Assembly (NCBI GenBank): GCA_964016885.1
Contig: OZ024740.1
Coordinates: 264,182,001-264,246,000, forward strand
DNA from: Eledone cirrhosa
Lineage: Eukaryota
Reading direction: 5' to 3'
Length of the DNA: 64,000 nt
Position 1 is the stretch's first letter; every line of letters starts with the position of its first letter. Under the pieces are notes generated by a model. The model saw only the letters and a program-made list of their open reading frames with translations, was not told the DNA's origin and made no database searches. This document shows, piece after piece, positions 57,150 through 64,000 of the stretch. Position numbers and translations under genes: made by a program.

Positions 57150-58350
57150 TGTATCTAACTAAGTTTACAAACTATCAGATAGAGAGAATATCTACTTACA
57201 TGCACCCTTCAACCTGCAAACTATTGGACAAATCCCCCCAAAATTATTTGAAATACTACATAAACATTTCCCACCACACCACAGATACCACCAAATATTT
57301 AACAAATATACTGTTAAATTCTCATACTCTACATCAAACAATCTCAAACAAAAAATAAGCAACTACAACATTTATAAACTTAAAAATAATATGACGACAA
57401 CACCGCAACATAATTTAAATAGGACTGCACCTTTTTTTAAAGAGACAAATAATACAATCCTTCAACCTAGAAAACACACCACCCAAATCACCAACACAAA
57501 AACAACAGAACACAAAATTGCAATGCAACTCTAGCACCAAACCACCCACAAAGCAACATTCATTCTCCTGCTATCATTAATTACAATAGGAATAGCTCAA
57601 GGATAAATGAGAATAGTATAGGCACCCCCAAAAACCATCTTATGTATGGCTGTAATTGCAGAAATAGAAGCATTTGCCCCTTAAATGGAAACTGTTTGAT
57701 TAATAATTGTTTCTACATTAGGCACAAGGCCAGCAATTATCCAGTACATTACTGGTACTATATTTTATCGACCCCATAAGGATGAAAGGCAAAGTTAACT
57801 TTAATAATGTAATATATAAATGCACTGTGTCTACTACAGACTCCAACAAAACATATATAGGATCTACATCAAACACATTTAAGAAAAGATTTTACGCACA
57901 CTAGTAGTTTCAACAATACTAAACTAGCAAACACCACATCTTTAGCTGAAGCGGTAAATTATTATAAAAAGAAAAAAATAGTTTTCAAGTTATCGTGGAA
58001 CACCATTCTACAAAAAAACCCATATCTTGGAAACAGGAGGGAATGCAGATTATGGTCAGGAGAGATCTTGGAAATTACTAAATTTAAGGACAATTTATTA
58101 AATAAAAGACAGGAATTGATCATAGTCTGTAATCACCGTATACGAAAAACATTTAAATACTATAAACCTAATTAAATACTATAAACCTAATTAAATATTC
58201 TAAATAGCAACTCACTATAATTCCGTATAGAATAATAATTATATGCTTTCATGCTTATTTTTTACTTTTAATGTTTTAGCTTCCTTAGATGTATTCGTTA
58301 ATGACTAAAGGCAACAAGATACACAACCACCCGTAATTGCAGGTGTAAAA
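57150..58350 (+). mobile_element. Decayed Hydra-like PLE C-terminal fragment
   Basis: GCNCRNRSICPLNGNCL / NNVIYKC..YIGSTSNTFKKRFYAH..ANTTSL..W..ECRL..LLNKRQE..CNH at ~57648-58140. Confidence 0.75.
57708..57800 (-). mobile_element. 5'-truncated SINE inserted in the GIY-YIG coding remnant
   Basis: Reverse complement of the SINE 3' half. TSD TTAATAAT at 57700-57707 and 57801-57808. Confidence 0.85.
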
Positions 58351-58639
58351 ATATACATCTATGTATGATATGGAAATATATTTATGTGTGTGCATATTTG
58401 TGTATATATATGTATATATGTATGTATATATGTTTATGTATGTGCATATGTGTATATATGTATATGCTTGTATATGTATGTATGTGTATGTATGTATATT
58501 TGTATATGTGTATATGTATATATATATATATAAATGTCAACAGGCTTCGGTTCGCACACACATCCCTGCTAACCATTACCACAACAACGAACACTTTACT
58601 ACTACTACACACACACACACACACACACATATTTGTTGT

Positions 58640-59050
58640 GAAAGAGTCATTCCTCAGTCTTGGCGCAAAATCAATTTTTTACATTCACATGACCTCTACC
58701 GACCAATCAAAATTGTTTTGACCACAATAATTTTTGCAACACGAATTGGCGCCAAAATTAATTTTAATAGCGCTGGAGCCATTTTTTTAACATAAAAACA
58801 GGTAGAATTCCCAAAACTAATCAGATCAGAGCAAACATCACTGACGCTCTATCTCAAAATTATTTTTGAAAAGCATTTAGAAATGCGCAACCGGTAAAAC
58901 TTAAAACCAAAACAGAATACTAACCAATACAATTACTAATTCTTATTTATTCCTAATTAAACTATTTTTCACTGTGAACAATTTGTCAGCATTTTCTATT
59001 CCGTTTACCAATATATAATAACTTGGGTGTTACACCTCTATTCTTTTAAC
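58640..59050 (+). mobile_element. Single-arm family E/D PLE derivative
   Basis: 58825-59050 matches 51387-51623. The upstream TGGCGC.AAA motifs resemble the family D spacer at 38612. Confidence 0.7.
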
Positions 59051-59569
59051 TATATATATAGATATATATCTATATATATATACACACACACACATATATA
59101 TATACAACAACACCAGTTCTCTCTCTCCCTCTCTTCCGTTCTCCTTCTCTGTATATGTCTCTCTTTCAATCTACTCTGTCACAACCACAATCTCTTTCTC
59201 TCCATCTTTCTCTCTCTCTGTTTATGAAGGTACCCGGAAAAATCCCATATCTCGGGAACTCGTACTTTGATTTACGCGGAACTTGTTTTATTCCATTTGT
59301 ATTCCCATTTCAGGATCAACTTCCTTTCAAAGTATTTTCCCATTATGCGCCCTTTTGCTGTATTACATTACAGACAAGCAATTAAGCAAGCAAACAAGCA
59401 ATCACAGACCTTTAGTAGTATATAGATTTGCCGTCGAGAGATTTTTACTATCACATACAAATTCATTTAAGCATTTATAATGAACACATCCAAAAGAATA
59501 GTCAATTATTTTTTTTTTAAATAAAACTAGTTGTTACGGTTTAAGTCAGAAATGAAAGAGTAGGGCATA

Positions 59570-59860
59570 GCACCTCATCGGGCCTTTCAAATTATACTGG
59601 GAAAAGAGAGGAGGAAATCGCAAATGTATGCGTTTTCCCTGGAGAATGACGTCGCTTAAATGATCACAAAGAATGAAATCTCTTAAAATATATAGGGATG
59701 TGAAACCAGACAACGCAATAATTCTACCAATATATATAATAATATACATAATGAGGTGACTATTTCATGTTAAGGAAGGTTGGCTGGTAGGAGAAGCAGA
59801 GGCCGACAGCCAAAACGATGGCTTGACAATGTCAATTTATGAACTGGACTTGATCTTTGC
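59570..59860 (+). mobile_element. Ancient RTE-like LINE 3' fragment
   Basis: EG..GRRSRGRQPKRWLDNV at ~59775-59835. Confidence 0.5.
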
Positions 59861-61079
59861 CCTTTGAACTCTGTTGTTGGTGATTGAAATTTGTGGAGAG
59901 AAATATCACATGTTCATGCGCAGTTTGCAACTGGCGGAGTTGATTTTTTTCTCTTTTTCAATATAGAATTGAGCACTAAAAATGTATTTTAATTTAAAAT
60001 ATTTGTGCGATTGAATTGAATAGAAACCTGTATTAGACAAGACCTTCAAAATGAATATAAACTTTGTACTGTATGCATCCATAAAATCCCAACACCTGAC
60101 TGATTTGTAGGCGTGCTGTAAGGATCTAGAGAACTTCATTTGCGTATTTAAACTTGTTGGAGATCCCACCCCCTCCTCTAAAAGTAAGGACATGGCTGAT
60201 TTCTCTCACTGAAACGAGAGTAAGAAAGAGTAAGAAACAATCGAGCCCAATTATGGCCTGGTAATTCATTTTTCTCGATCAGAAAACGACGGAAGGTCGT
60301 GAAATCTGGGATTACAGGGAATCTTAACCAAAAATGCGAAGAATCCTACAAATACGGCGCTCTCATAAACGATACTAGTTTCTTCGTGCAAAAAAAGTTA
60401 TCCATGATTTTTCTACGCAAAGAATCCGTGTAAACTATTTCTTCCGAAGCACGCTGATGCAAATGGCAAAGAGGGAATTTTACTGTTCATAATGAGTTAT
60501 CTGTAAGTTTATGTAAAAATGTATTCCTAATTTATCATTATTGTTCAATGAATTATGCAAATTTCAAATCTAATAAAGTGATATAAAACAAATTAATTAA
60601 ACATAAATGTAAATGCACACATATTCAAAAATAAACATCTATTTATTTGAATAATAAGATACTTAATCTTTACAGTTTGTAACATTGACACAGAGGTGTA
60701 TATTGGTCTCAGCAATTCCTTTGCAGCTTTATAGGAAAAACTTCCAAATATTCTGAATATAGACGATATAGCCAATGGAAAAAAATATTCCACAAAAGAT
60801 TGTATCCTACTAAAATATGATAGTTACCTATGATAAAACCTTTTGCAGAGCTCTGCCTTAAAGCAGACAGACTAACCCTTTCGATATAGATTTGAAAATA
60901 GCATCAACTTGTTAAATTAATATTTTAATTTACCGTTTGTCTCCTTTGCGAAAAAACGTTGTTCGAATCTGTCTATGAACGCTTGCTGGTCTTCCTTTCT
61001 CTAGATAGATGAGGGTCACATCGTCTGCTACCTCTTTCTGTCACACACACACACACTCTCTCTCTAAAAAAATAGCGTT

Positions 61080-61310
61080 CCTTTTGTCTATATATATGTA
61101 TGAACATATCAACCGCTTGGCGTTCCCCCGTCAACCCGGGCGATGTCATACACTTATGTCGATCTACCTCTTTCTGTTACCTTGAAAGCAGGCGGCGTTC
61201 ACTTATCTCTCTCTATGTACATATCTATCACTTGGCGGCCGCCCCTTTATATAAAGTGAGCGTGACGGACAGACGGGTGGACAGACAGACAACGTCTTAT
61301 AACAGTATAG
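61080..61310 (-). mobile_element. Helitron-like 5' end
   Basis: Minus strand A|TCTATACTGTTATAAGA followed by (TGTC/CGTC)n, typical of non-autonomous Helitrons. Downstream boundary uncertain. Confidence 0.5.
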
Positions 61311-61581
61311 ATTATTTTCTTTGAAACAAAATTACATGACACATTTTTAGAAAATACAACTGCTGCTTTATCACGCTTTCTTTTCTTTACATATTACAAA
61401 TTATTGACTACAGAAAATCTGTACAAAACGTATGAAAGCTAACTTCAATTGGATTAAGTTATAATCGGTATGAGTGTGAGATTTGCCTTAAAGAATATAA
61501 AATAAATTAACATATCTTCTCCGTATTTCATTACACACAAATACAAACTCAAACACAAACATATGTATATGTGAATATGTG

Positions 61582-61653
<72 letters not shown>

Positions 61654-61818
61654 ATATATATATATGCATATATATATGCATATATATATATATATATATG
61701 CATATATAACTATATATCCTATATATATTTATATATTATGTATGAATGTATGTACATAAATACATACCTCCCTATATATACATATATATGTATATATGTA
61801 TGTATTTATGCACACACA

Positions 61819-61867
<49 letters not shown>

Positions 61868-61982
61868 ATATATATATGCATATATATATGCATATATATA
61901 TATATATATGCATATATAACTATATATCATATATATATTTATATATTATGTATGAATGTATGTACATAAATACATACCTCCC

Positions 61983-62026
<44 letters not shown>

Positions 62027-62040
62027 TTTATGCACACGCA

Positions 62041-62186
<146 letters not shown>

Positions 62187-63193
62187 CACACATGAATTTT
62201 TATGTGTGAGTGTGTGTGTTTGTACATGCCTGCATGTGAGTGTGTGTATGTATTTGTGCATGTAGTAGAGGTACCGATAAGTAAATAGCCCTTAGTAATG
62301 ACGTCAAACCTATGTGCTTTTATTAGTGAGTATAACTGATATATAAAACTAATTTACATTACATTAAAACACCTTTAAGATTATTTGAATGAAAGAAGTG
62401 TTTCTGAAATTCCAATATGTGTAAGATATTCCTGTTATGTGTTAATTTAACTCATGTCAAATATTTTGCAGCTCTTTGTGTGTTGATGTTCCTTTTAATA
62501 TGTTCTGTGTAATTGTATCACCTGCCATATTCGTCATTATACTTTTTATCACTCTGGTACTAGTTATATCTCTGGCTATATATTCTTTCTTTCTTAACAT
62601 TCTCTCCTTTAATATTGACTCTTTTTCCATCTACTTCGTTTACCCTGTCACTATATAATTTTTCATCTCTCTCCCTCTCTCGCTGTCTATCTCTTTCTCT
62701 CTCTACGTACACACCGGTTTCCCTTTTACCTGAACATGGAAGCTCGTTCTTCCCCCAACTCTCAATTTGACACCCACACATACATACCCCCCCCACACAC
62801 ACACACGTACACCTACACCCGTAGACAAACACCACCTTCAGCCCTCCCCGCTCGGACCCCGCCTCCCTCTCCTTCCCCCTCTACCCACCACCACCACTCA
62901 CGCATCACACCCTTCCACCCTTTGTTAAAGACTGTTATTTTAATAAATATATATATATATTTGTGGTAAGATTGCTTGTATGCTTCCTTCGGAGCAGAGT
63001 ATAATAATGTGGAAAACGAAGAATCAGTGATTCATCGGAACACAAATGTATTACGTATTACAAATGTTTCTCCGGCGAACAGCTTGAGGAGTGATCTGTT
63101 TGTGGATGGAACCTGACTCTGGATTCGGAAGTTCCTCAGATACGTCTAGTAATTTCGAAGCAAATCCTCTTTCTGCTGGACTCTGCGCTTCGA

Positions 63194-63308
<115 letters not shown>

Positions 63309-63382
63309 GCTAGAGATATTGGTCTATAAGGTGAGAGAAACTCTATGGCGGTGTGTGTGCCTGTGTACGAATGTATACATAG

Positions 63383-63460
<78 letters not shown>

Positions 63461-63959
63461 TGCCCGATCGTTTTCGAGTATGGCCATTGCACGTTTATAC
63501 GATTATTAATAATTATTAATTAATTCTGTCGTGCAATTCCTGTGCGTGAAGATATTTTTTAAAGTAAGGAAAGACTGCGCACTGGGCTAATCCCACTCTC
63601 TGAGCGACAGTAACTATAACCCGAAAAGAAGAAAATATCAACATCATTGGTAACTACTGAAGAATTCCCTAACAAAGGCTAGTGGTCCTTCACTCCCAGT
63701 GGTTTTTCCACGCGGTACATCTGTATATACATATTTACAAACTTTTAGATGGCCGTTGACTCTTATGAGTTCTACCGCCCTTTGTCCTGTTTTGTTTTTT
63801 TTGTCCTGCAGGGTGTCGAAAATCACCCTCCTCACCAAGTAAACTGGGTGGGGTTGCCGATTTAGTCGGCGACGAGCCGACCATGCGACAGCTCGTACTG
63901 GGTTATATGTTACCAGTAGCACTCAAGAGTAACTCGACATACATATATATACAAATATA

Positions 63960-64000
63960 TCAATGATATTAATAAATGGAAACTATATTTATAAAACCAT
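63960..64000 (-). mobile_element. Tail-less end of another family J element (continues beyond the window)
   Basis: Matches 33762-33802 and stops before the tail. Confidence 0.65.

Noticed and set aside
59906-60193. 95-aa ORF, and similarly the open frame at 63050-63195
   Set aside because: No recognisable domain, and length is within chance expectation.

Overview
This is an AT-rich eukaryotic (animal) intergenic or intronic window with no confidently identifiable host gene. It is dominated by (TA)n/(CA)n/(GA)n microsatellites and retroelements. The SINE types and repeat landscape suggest an octopus-like cephalopod (inference). The main content is Penelope-like elements (PLEs; RT plus C-terminal GIY-YIG) of three apparent clades: Hydra-like (two nearly intact ORFs, several decayed), Neptune-like, and a third, possibly Nematis-like. 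There are also an R4/Dong-like RLE LINE, Tx1/L1 and RTE fragments, tRNA-SINEs, Helitron ends and MITEs. The most striking pattern is that about a dozen PLE-derived insertions in (TA)n share one architecture: two head-to-head arms, usually only one of which carries a 35-100 nt terminal tail. They carry about 20 intact or decayed type I hammerhead ribozyme motifs, many with palindromic (dimer-type) stem III. A bipartite RCTCY..WGAGYRCTC motif recurs both in the tails and at the 5' ends of the full-length elements. Most ORFs in the supplied track are microsatellite artefacts. All calls are by eye, without database searches.
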